Below the pieces are notes generated by a model. That model worked only from the letters and a program-made list of their open reading frames with translations, was not told the origin of the DNA and searched no databases. Position numbers and translations under genes: made by a program. DNA of 64,000 nt, taken from NCBI GenBank assembly GCA_016188575.1, contig JACPHN010000192.1:150-64149 (forward strand), in the 5' to 3' direction. The stretch comes from Candidatus Schekmanbacteria bacterium (GTDB lineage Bacteria; CSSED10-310; JACPHN01). This document shows, one piece after another, positions 9,101 to 16,959 of the stretch (position 1 is the stretch's first letter; every line of letters starts with the position of its first letter).

Positions 9101-9300
9101 GAACTACCGTCCACCGAGCTACGCAGGAGCGTATTCGGTGGCGGTTTCGTGTTTCGTCGGGGGCGGCGCCCCCTCCACACCTGGGCCAATCTCTGGCCCT
9201 GAAAGGGATAGCGCATAATGCAAGCAAACCTGCGCGCTGGCCTGATCCCGCGGCAACACGCAGCCGCATGCGCAGCGGTGGACCCGCTCCGCGAGCTTCT
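9085..9300 (-). ncRNA. Predicted TnpB omega RNA (reRNA) overlapping the tnpB 3' end, right-end hairpin and ~16 nt of flank
   Basis: Position follows established TnpB biology. An ~80-nt block (9101-9180) is conserved at 31383-31463 although coding has decayed there. A 7-bp stem ccaccga/tcggtgg (9111-9141) spans the tnpB stop. The 5' limit is not determinable by eye. Confidence 0.45.
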
Positions 9301-10354
9301 TCTTCTGTTGCCGGCCACACGCCGGACAGGTCTGCGACGGCTTGATCCTCCGCGTCGGCGCTTCTACCAGCGCGATACCAGCCTCTGCCGCTTTGTACCG
9401 CACCATACCGAGAAACGCCGCCGGAGCGCCGTCCAGGATACTTTTATTCAAACCGGCCTTCTGCCGGACATTCTTGCCAGGGGCCTCGACCGTACCGCGG
9501 GGGCTGCGCGTCATGTTGGCGACCGCGAGCTTTTCGGTGGCGAGCAGCGCCGCGCGCCCAACCAGCTCGGCGGACTGCTGGTGCAGGAAATCCTCGCGGA
9601 GGCTCGCGATCCGCTCGTGCTGTCGGCCGAGCTTCGCCACGGCCTTCTTGCGGTTCTTGGAGCCGCGCTTTTTCCGGGACACCGCGCGCCCGAGCGCCTT
9701 GAGCTTGCGCTCGGACTTCTTGAGGAATCGGGGATTCTCCACGCCGGTGCCGTCATCGAAGGTGAGGAACCGCTCGACGCCCCAATCGAAGCCGATGCTC
9801 GCGGCGCCGTGCTCGCGTTCGGGTACGCAAGCGATGACGATGGACGCATACCACCGGCCGCGTTTGTAGCATATCGTCAGCGTCTTGATCTCACCGAGCT
9901 GCCGGGGCTCGCCGCGCATGCGCAGCCGGCCGATGCCGTCCAGCTCGAGCGCGCCGTGCTTCTTCTCGCCGGGGAAGAACCGCCAGCTCGACGTGCTCTT
10001 GTAGGTCCAGCCGGAGAAGCGTTTCCAGCTCTTGAAGCGGGGAAACCCCGGTGTTTCTCCGGCCTTGACACGACGGAAGAAGGCCTGGAAGGCCAAATCC
10101 ACCCGGCGCAGCGTCTCCTGGAGGGCGTGGCCGCCGAGCGGGATGAGCTCGGCCCGGGCTTCCTTGATGGCGACGAGCTGCTTTTCCTGGTCCGCCTTGG
10201 TGATGGAGATGCCGCACCGCGTCCAGGCATCGCGCCGTTCCTGGATCGCCGCGTTGTACAGCTCGCAGTGCAGACGCAAGAACTCGAGCATCTGTTGATG
10301 CTGCGCGCTGGTTGGATACAAGCGATAGGTGATACGGCGTTTGACGAGTTCCAT
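9119..10354 (-). CDS. tnpB: TnpB (IS605 OrfB-type RNA-guided endonuclease)
   Basis: 411 aa from MELVKRRITYRLYPTSAQ. RuvC-like D (IGFDWG), E (ATEKLAV) and D (LPRDQASAQV). Zn ribbon CPACG..HRCACGC. The track shows it fused to the upstream ORF as one 826-aa frame. Confidence 0.9.
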   Translation of the reverse strand: MELVKRRITYRLYPTSAQHQQMLEFLRLHCELYNAAIQERRDAWTRCGISITKADQEKQLVAIKEARAELIPLGGHALQETLRRVDLAFQAFFRRVKAGETPGFPRFKSWKRFSGWTYKSTSSWRFFPGEKKHGALELDGIGRLRMRGEPRQLGEIKTLTICYKRGRWYASIVIACVPEREHGAASIGFDWGVERFLTFDDGTGVENPRFLKKSERKLKALGRAVSRKKRGSKNRKKAVAKLGRQHERIASLREDFLHQQSAELVGRAALLATEKLAVANMTRSPRGTVEAPGKNVRQKAGLNKSILDGAPAAFLGMVRYKAAEAGIALVEAPTRRIKPSQTCPACGRQQKKKLAERVHRCACGCVLPRDQASAQVCLHYALSLSGPEIGPGVEGAPPPTKHETATEYAPA

Positions 10355-10375
10355 GACGTGAAGTATAGAGCGGCT

Positions 10376-10406
10376 TGTAACAATCGTGCAACACCCGATT
10401 GTTACA
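10376..10406. repeat. Perfect 11-bp inverted repeat (hairpin) 22 nt upstream of the tnpB ATG; candidate left-end structure
   Basis: tgtaacaatcg (10376-10386), loop tgcaacacc, cgattgttaca (10396-10406). AT-richer than its surroundings. Confidence 0.7.
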
Positions 10407-11599
10407 TCGTCCGGAATGAGCGGCCAGCCTTCGGCCCTCCAACCTGGCCGAAGCCAGGATGGAGCCCGTGGCCGCTCGGGATGGTCGAGCCCGACCGTAA
10501 GCGGTTGCGCATTGAGCTCACGATCGTCGACCTCCCGGTTCCGGAAGTCATCCCCGCCATTCCTTGCGGTGATGTACAACTCGCCATCGATGCCGAGGCG
10601 CCGCGATTCTGCGAGCACGAAATACGTGTGGACCTCATTGCGCCGCCGAGCCCCAACGACCCACTGGCGAACGCGCGCCACGTAGAGCACCCCTGCTGGA
10701 GCTCGGCGCATAACGGCACGCCTTGCGCTCCGCTCGCCCGGCCTTGTGCCGCGCCGAGGTTCGACATCCAGATACCGCGGGGCCAGGTTGCGGATCGCAG
10801 CGAGCAACTCCGGATCGTCCTTCGCCACGCGCGTCCAGCCTGCGCGCTCGAGGCTGTCGAACCAACGGTCGTGGCGGCGCGGCACGATCACCAGAACCCA
10901 AATCGCCACCACCACCATGGGAGACCATACGAGAGCCATGGTGAGGAAGGGAAACGCGCGATCCAGTGGCCGATCCAGTACCTTGAAAAGCGGCGCAGCC
11001 AGCTTCGACAGTCGATCGCGCAGGCGCTCGACTGCGTCGCGGAAGCCGGTAATCGGGATGGCCCCGGCATGAAACCGCGCATCCAGGACCAGTGACTGGT
11101 TCGCAATCGAGCCGCGTAGAGATAGCGCGCCTTCCGCGCTGTCCGGTCCGGTGGGTTGCACGTGGGATGGACCCGCTGGGTTCACAAGCGGCAGAGGAAA
11201 ATGCCCCGCGCGAACATAGGCCTCGATCAGGTTCGCCTGGCCCTCGAGAAAGCGTACACTGACCACGGGGTTGCCGCTGACGGCGCTCTGGAACCGCTGC
11301 GCCTCGCTGCTCAGGGTATGATACGAGATCGGCTCGGCGGTGAGGCACACCCACAGGGGCGTGTCGTGCTTGGAGCAGAGATACGCGTGGTGTAACGCAA
11401 ACGTTTCGCTGCCAATTGTGAGACTGCCCTCCGCCGTTCCCGGTGCGGCCACGACGCCATCGGCCATGCCGGGAGTCGGCGCCAGGAACGCCACGTATGC
11501 AGCCAGGAACTCTCGCGAACGCTGGTCGTACTGCGGACGGTGGGTCGGCACGGCGTGGGGGGGGAGAAAAGCGTCCATCGCCATTTGCTGGAGCCGCAC
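10407..11599 (-). CDS. Hypothetical membrane protein; natural 3' end lost or obscured by the TnpB element
   Basis: Normal amino-acid composition and one clear TM helix (MALVWSPMVVVAIWVLVIV). The frame runs without a stop into the IS hairpin and tnpB. No family recognised. Confidence 0.5.
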
Positions 11600-11657
11600 T
11601 CCGCCGTGGATTCGCGGGCGTCGGCTGCATCTGCTTCATTCCTGAGGCGCCACGCAG

Positions 11658-11677
11658 GGGCGCGATTTATCGCGCCC
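11658..11677. repeat. REP-like 20-nt palindrome
   Basis: gggcgcgat-tt-atcgcgccc, a perfect palindrome. Confidence 0.85.
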
Positions 11678-11740
11678 GGTCATCGCGGTCGGTAGTCGGG
11701 GCGGATCATTCTCGGCCCGAAGATCCCCGGCCCGGCATTG

Positions 11741-11760
11741 GGGCGCGACTTATCGCGCCC
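11741..11760. repeat. REP-like 20-nt palindrome overlapping the stop codon of the beta-helix gene
   Basis: gggcgcgac-tt-atcgcgccc. The TAA stop (11750-11752) and the last codons (..RAR*) of CDS 11750..13666 lie inside it. Confidence 0.85.
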
Positions 11761-13666
11761 GGGTGGTACGGGGCGAATCCTGCCTCCGGCGCGGCACCGC
11801 CAAGAACACCGCGAACCCCGCCATGGCCAGGCCTGTGAGCAGCCCCAACCAGCGCGCGGCAGGAACCACGTAGGTGATCGGTTCGTCCTCATCGACCGCG
11901 CCGTAGTCCCCCTTGAACGCGCCGCGACCCGCGAGGTCCGCCGCGGACCCGGTCTGTGGGCGAAAGGTGGTCATGTCCAGATGCGGGTCGGCGAAAACCG
12001 TGTCCGCTGCCGCCGCGTTGCCGTCGAGGTTGGTCCCGTTGGCGAACGCCTGGTTATTGCTCAGCGCCACGTCGCCGGCTTCCGACCCCGGGACCCAGAA
12101 ATACAGCCCGGCGCCGCCGTTGCCGTACAGAATGTTCCCCGTGAAACTGACCGTGCCCGGATAGCGGAGGTACACGCCGTGCCCCGACGCACCGACGACC
12201 GTGTTGTTGGCGATGAGCACCGACTGCGCGGCGCCGTCGCCGCTCGTCTCCTCGAGCCGCAGCCCGCCCCAGATCGGCGCTGTCGTGCCCTCGATCACGT
12301 TGTTGAGAATCTCGATATGGCCGAGGTCGTAGCCGCCGGCCCCCACCGACACGGGCGAAGCCGTGCCCGCACCGCGCAGGTGAAACCCGATTACCTTGCT
12401 GTTGGACGCCAGCGTTACCAGGGGCACACCGCTCGCCAGGCCCGTGCCATCCAGGACCGTATTGAGCGCGCTGCGCCCGCGCAAGGTGAGGTAGGGGGCG
12501 AGCTGGACCTGCTCTCGGTAGATGCCATCCCAGACAAAGACCATGGCGGGTGCCGAGGCGCCGACACCGCCAGCGACCGCACGCGCGACCGCGGCTGCGA
12601 TGGTCCGGTATGGCGCCTCGTACGAACCCGTGCCGGTGCTGTCGTTGCCGCGCGCAACGTCGACGTGGTAGACCGGCTGAGCCGCCGCGACTCCGGTCAT
12701 CGCATAGCCCGCTTCGGAATAGTCAGTCACGATGCCGTCGCCGTTGCGGGCGCTCGCTCGGTAGCCATACCACTGTGACGCGCGCAGGTCCGCATGGGTC
12801 CAGACGCTCTGATCCAGGAACAACGCGGTATCGCTCAGTCCGCCCGCCCCATCGAGAAACGCGGCGGGGCTGCTCGCACGCACCGCAAACACGGTCCCCG
12901 CGGGGTTTGCTCCCGCGTCGAGCGTGATCGTGGCGCCATAGGGCGTGGCCCTGCCCCCGGAGGAGTCGGTGGCAACCACCTCGGGCGCACCCGGCACGCC
13001 CGCGAGCGAGTAGTGCGAGCGGCGCGCCGCACAGTCGATCTCCGCGCCCGGCGCAACAACGCACTCCGATTCGTATCCTTCCGGAGTCACGGCCCGGACC
13101 TCGATCCCGGCGAGCTTGTTCGGCGTCAGCCCCGTCTGGCTGAAGGACGTCGCCGTCAGCCCCGTCTGCAGCGCCTCCGTGGTGTCGATGGCAAACACCG
13201 CATAGGTCAGTCCCGCGACCGCGACGGCCTCGGGTGCTCCTGACCATGACCAGGCGATGGAAGTGGTGGTGCGGTCGCCGGCCGGCGGCTCTGTAAGCAC
13301 GGGTTGCCCTTGTAAAGACATTGTCTGCACCTGAAAACCGGAGCCGACCTGGTATCCACCGCCGGTGCGCAGCGCTGCGTAGGAGATCGCGTGACCATGA
13401 GCGGCCGGGTCCAGCGCGTAGGTTCCGCCGGCGGGCAGCGCCGCCCCAGTAGTCGCGACCTCACTCGCGGTCAACTGCCAGCCCGTACCGGTGAGCGGGC
13501 TCGCTGCCGCAAACGGCGCCGCGGGCAAGACGGCGAGCATGCAGATCATTACGGAAACCGAAGGCCGCCTGCGAAAACTCATGGTGCTGCTCACTGTTCC
13601 GGCTCTGTCGTGGCTTGGACCTCCGACCTTCAGGCCGCGGTCGAGATCGGGACGATACCTGCTCAT
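11750..13666 (-). CDS. Secreted right-handed parallel beta-helix repeat protein with a C-terminal TM/basic sorting-like tail
   Basis: Signal peptide (..VMICMLAVLPAAPFAAA). Repeated beta-helix rungs (ILNNVIEG.., IANNTVVGASGHGVYL.., GNILYGNGGAGLYF.., LSNNQAFANG). The tail is VVPAARWLGLLTGLAMAGFAVFLAVPRRRQ. Confidence 0.7.
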   Translation of the reverse strand: MSRYRPDLDRGLKVGGPSHDRAGTVSSTMSFRRRPSVSVMICMLAVLPAAPFAAASPLTGTGWQLTASEVATTGAALPAGGTYALDPAAHGHAISYAALRTGGGYQVGSGFQVQTMSLQGQPVLTEPPAGDRTTTSIAWSWSGAPEAVAVAGLTYAVFAIDTTEALQTGLTATSFSQTGLTPNKLAGIEVRAVTPEGYESECVVAPGAEIDCAARRSHYSLAGVPGAPEVVATDSSGGRATPYGATITLDAGANPAGTVFAVRASSPAAFLDGAGGLSDTALFLDQSVWTHADLRASQWYGYRASARNGDGIVTDYSEAGYAMTGVAAAQPVYHVDVARGNDSTGTGSYEAPYRTIAAAVARAVAGGVGASAPAMVFVWDGIYREQVQLAPYLTLRGRSALNTVLDGTGLASGVPLVTLASNSKVIGFHLRGAGTASPVSVGAGGYDLGHIEILNNVIEGTTAPIWGGLRLEETSGDGAAQSVLIANNTVVGASGHGVYLRYPGTVSFTGNILYGNGGAGLYFWVPGSEAGDVALSNNQAFANGTNLDGNAAAADTVFADPHLDMTTFRPQTGSAADLAGRGAFKGDYGAVDEDEPITYVVPAARWLGLLTGLAMAGFAVFLAVPRRRQDSPRTTRAR

Positions 13667-13709
13667 CTTAGTAGCCCGCGCATCGGTTGCACAAGACCAG
13701 TTTCCAGCC

Positions 13710-15863
13710 TCAGCGCACCGGCGCCGCGAACCAGATTGGAGAGGTGACCGCGCGCTCGCGGATCACGTCAAACCGATTCGTCCCCCGCCACCCGCCTTCC
13801 GCGGGCGAGAGGTGGCAACACCCCTCGTACCCGGCAAAGCCGCTCTCCGCGGCGAACGCGCCGGTCTTGGGGTCGAGAAGGCTGCAATCTACGGCCTTGC
13901 TGACGCACAGGTGCGTGCTCCACCGGCAAGTCGGTACTTCCACCGCGCGCAGGTAATACATGACATCACTGGTCTCGGAGAGCTCGCTGTCGGCCCAGGT
14001 CGCGCAAAGCTGGGCGGCGCCGGTGTGCTGATCCACCCGGCAGGCGCCGTCGGGCTTGCTCGCGGACGCGGCGCCGGCAACGTCGATGACCCTGCTCTTC
14101 GGCGTTCCCTCGGCGGTGATCCACGTCTTGATCACCTGCAGGCGCGCGAGCGGCGCGCCCGGGTCATTGGCGGTTTCCGGAGCGCGGGCCGCCCACAGTA
14201 CGAGATGGATCGCGCTCCGCGCGTCGCCAGTGGGAAGCGGCGCGAGCTCGCCACCCATCGGGACGGGATTTTCGGCCCCCAGCTCCGCCGCCGCCCCGCC
14301 ACCTTCGAGTCGCCGGCAGACGTCGCTAGCAAACGGCGTCCACGCCGCGTACAGACGCGCGCGCATCCGCGGGCCGCTGGTCGCGAAGGTCTCGCGCCGC
14401 TTGAAGGCGGCGAAAATTGCGGCTCGCGTGTTTTCTTCCGCCCAGACTCCGGTCAGGCCCCCGGGATTGAGAGGAAAGGCGTTCGGCGAGAACCGCCGCT
14501 CGCGCTCGTCGCACTCCGCGGCGCCGTCCAGGCAGGTCCAGGAGCCGAGAAGATCCGCCGGACGGTTGTCGAGAACGCCGCCGTGGCCGCGAAACGTCGC
14601 TTCTGCGACGCCGCCGGCGAGACCATTGTGGGTGTCCGTGGCGCCCGCGAACCCGAGCTTGTAGGGGTTGACGCCGAGCGTCTTTCGCCCCTGCAGACCG
14701 GCGCCGAGCGCCACGCGGGCCATGTCCCAGGGGGCGGTGCAGTTGTCAGGCTCGGCGCGCGCCTCGCCTTGCGAGGGTGTCTGGCAAATTTGCTCCGGCG
14801 CCGGCAAGCACAATGCGGGATCGTCCACGCCGTCCCGGCAGATCGGCTTCATGCGCTCGAACGCGCACAGCTCGTCCTTTTCCTCCTCGCTGCCCAGGAG
14901 GTCGAAACCGAATCCCGGCATGCACTCCGACTGGCCCTTGTGCTGAAAGATTTCGACGAGGCGGTCGTGCCGGCCTCGATTCTCCGCGTCGGATCGGGTC
15001 AATGGCGCACCGCCGCGGCCACTCAGCGTGCCGCCGGCGCCGGCCGGCGGAAACATACGGCCGTCGCTCAGATTCGAGTTGTGCGGTATGGACACGTAGT
15101 CGCAACGCGCGTCGCCCGGACAATCCGCGTCGAGCCGGTCGAAGAGCGCCCATTCGTCCGGCACGTCGTTGAAGCTCCAGGCGCGCTTGGGCAGCCGATC
15201 GCCGAGGAAAACAATGTTCCGGTGCATCATGGCGCCGGCCGGTTGGGCGCTGTACTCATACGCGGCAAACGCCGTAAACGAGCACGGCGCATTTTCCTCG
15301 TCGGCGATGCGCTTTTCGAGCTCCCAGCCTGGCTCCGGGTCGAGCATCGAGAGGCCGGCGATGGTGGATGGCTTGAACGGCGTATTGCCGCTGATCAGGC
15401 GGCGAACGTTATTGCGCACATACTGCCCGAGCTCGTCACAGACGAATCCCCGCACTCGCCCCTCGATTTCGGAGCACTGATGGCGAAAGGCGCCCAGAAA
15501 CTCGGAATGATCGGTGACCGCGGTGAAATCGAGCGGCACCTCGAGCCTGGCCGTGCGACAGGCGACGTGGGGGGCGTCGCAGGGCAGCCCGATGGGCTCG
15601 CCCTTGGCGAACCGGTAGGCTTCGCGAGGCCCGTTGAGCGAGTTGAAGAAGTAGGCGTCGAAAGACATGTTGGTGTGCACGTGCAGATCGCCGAACAGGA
15701 CGATCTTCCGTCCGGGGTCGAAGCCCGAGCAGTGCTCCGCGGCCCGGGGCGCCGGCACCGAGAACGCGCTTGCCCAAAGCAGAACGCATGCCGTCACGCC
15801 CATCACCGCGCGAGCCAGTTGTCCCCCGGCCGGTCGCCGCCGCGTTCGCGTTTTTCCCGCCAC
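13710..15863 (-). CDS. DUF3604-family protein (PHP-like metal-dependent phosphoesterase fold), exported
   Basis: GDLHVHTNMSFDAYFF.., ..TDHSEFLG.., ..HRNIVF.. and ..GATDTHNG.. are typical of DUF3604. I chose the GTG at 15861-15863 (AGGAGG 10 nt upstream), which gives a Tat-like RTRRRP n-region. The ATG at 15803 is the alternative. Confidence 0.75.
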   Translation of the reverse strand: MAGKTRTRRRPAGGQLARAVMGVTACVLLWASAFSVPAPRAAEHCSGFDPGRKIVLFGDLHVHTNMSFDAYFFNSLNGPREAYRFAKGEPIGLPCDAPHVACRTARLEVPLDFTAVTDHSEFLGAFRHQCSEIEGRVRGFVCDELGQYVRNNVRRLISGNTPFKPSTIAGLSMLDPEPGWELEKRIADEENAPCSFTAFAAYEYSAQPAGAMMHRNIVFLGDRLPKRAWSFNDVPDEWALFDRLDADCPGDARCDYVSIPHNSNLSDGRMFPPAGAGGTLSGRGGAPLTRSDAENRGRHDRLVEIFQHKGQSECMPGFGFDLLGSEEEKDELCAFERMKPICRDGVDDPALCLPAPEQICQTPSQGEARAEPDNCTAPWDMARVALGAGLQGRKTLGVNPYKLGFAGATDTHNGLAGGVAEATFRGHGGVLDNRPADLLGSWTCLDGAAECDERERRFSPNAFPLNPGGLTGVWAEENTRAAIFAAFKRRETFATSGPRMRARLYAAWTPFASDVCRRLEGGGAAAELGAENPVPMGGELAPLPTGDARSAIHLVLWAARAPETANDPGAPLARLQVIKTWITAEGTPKSRVIDVAGAASASKPDGACRVDQHTGAAQLCATWADSELSETSDVMYYLRAVEVPTCRWSTHLCVSKAVDCSLLDPKTGAFAAESGFAGYEGCCHLSPAEGGWRGTNRFDVIRERAVTSPIWFAAPVR

Positions 15864-15891
15864 TTTCTGTTCGCCTCCTGAGATCGCGCTA

Positions 15892-16959
15892 CTACCCGAC
15901 GAGTAGTGCCGACATGCGATATGCAAGACAATAGGCCCCCGCGCCGCCCATCGCCAGGGCCAGGGCTCTCTCCAGGCGCTCCTCCACGCCGCGGCCCCCC
16001 ACGTATCGCGCCGCCGCGCGCAGCGCCGCAAAGCCCTCGACAATCGCGAAGAACCCTGCGGCGAGACCCAGGCCAGAGCACACCGCACGGCTCACCGGCA
16101 CCGCGCCCGAGACCCCGGACGCGCGGAGGACCTCGGCGGCCGCCAGGCCGTGAACGAATCCGAACGCCCCGGCCGCGATCCACGGCCAGCGCACAGCAAG
16201 CGACGCGGCTCGCTCTCCTCGGCGTGACGCTTCGTAGCCAACGACGACCAGGCTGGCGGCGACGAGCACCCGAACCGCGGCAGGAGCCGGGCGGATCGCG
16301 CTCGATGCAGTCAGAGCGAGCGCCAAGCTGAGCGCGAGGACAAAGCTGCCGGCGGCGAGAGCGCCGGCTCGGCGGAACGGCGACGCCGGCGCGGCGCCCG
16401 GCGGCGCGGGGTGACCGCGGCGGCCACAGAGCAGGATAAGGCCGACGGCAATGGCGGCATGCTCCCATCCATGCAACACGCACAGGATGCCGGCGCGGAA
16501 AGTCTCAGTCAGAGACGGCGCGGCAGCACGGTGCATCCGCCCGGCCCCAAGCGGCGCCGTGTGCCGGCGCGGTGTCAGCAGGTCCATGGACGTCTCGCCT
16601 CGCACCGAGGTGAACACGACGAGCATCGCGGCTACCGGCGGCGACAGGCCCGCGATCGTGACGCTGCCTGGCGCGGAAAACGAATCCTCGCACCGCTCCA
16701 GCCACGAAGTCGTCGCATGCGCGGCACCGCGCCCGTGGCGCGGCTCCGTGCGCCGCGTGCATTGGGGTGCGAGATGGACGGCGAGCGGAGGCACGTCCCG
16801 TAGCGCGAGAGGAATCGCCAGCTCGAGGCGAAAGGTGTTGCCGCCGAGGTCGCGAATCGCGAGCGAGGCACCGTCGAGCGCGTGCGCGCGAGCCGCGGTG
16901 CCACCGAGCGCGGCGGCCGCCGCCAGCAGCGCCAGGATCAGGCCGCTACGCCGCCTCAT
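15892..16959 (-). CDS. HupE/UreJ-like membrane protein with an N-terminal periplasmic domain
   Basis: Signal peptide, then multiple TM helices with GILCVLHGWEHAAIAVGLILL and GFVHGLAAA motifs resembling HupE/UreJ. Confidence 0.6.
   Translation of the reverse strand: MRRRSGLILALLAAAAALGGTAARAHALDGASLAIRDLGGNTFRLELAIPLALRDVPPLAVHLAPQCTRRTEPRHGRGAAHATTSWLERCEDSFSAPGSVTIAGLSPPVAAMLVVFTSVRGETSMDLLTPRRHTAPLGAGRMHRAAAPSLTETFRAGILCVLHGWEHAAIAVGLILLCGRRGHPAPPGAAPASPFRRAGALAAGSFVLALSLALALTASSAIRPAPAAVRVLVAASLVVVGYEASRRGERAASLAVRWPWIAAGAFGFVHGLAAAEVLRASGVSGAVPVSRAVCSGLGLAAGFFAIVEGFAALRAAARYVGGRGVEERLERALALAMGGAGAYCLAYRMSALLVG

Larger units (their letters stand above)
9097..10410 (-). mobile_element. IS200/IS605-family, IS1341-like element carrying tnpB only (no Y1 TnpA)
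   Basis: tnpB ORF, a subterminal hairpin upstream, and a right end defined to within a few nt by where similarity to the second copy stops (about 9097-9101). The left boundary is approximate. Confidence 0.65.

Noticed and set aside
9119-11599. A single 826-aa fusion protein, as listed in the ORF track.
   Set aside because: The C-terminal 411 aa are a complete TnpB with its own ATG. A perfect non-coding-type hairpin and an AT-richer stretch lie just upstream of that ATG. The lack of a stop over about 100 nt is unremarkable at this GC content, so I treat it as two entities.
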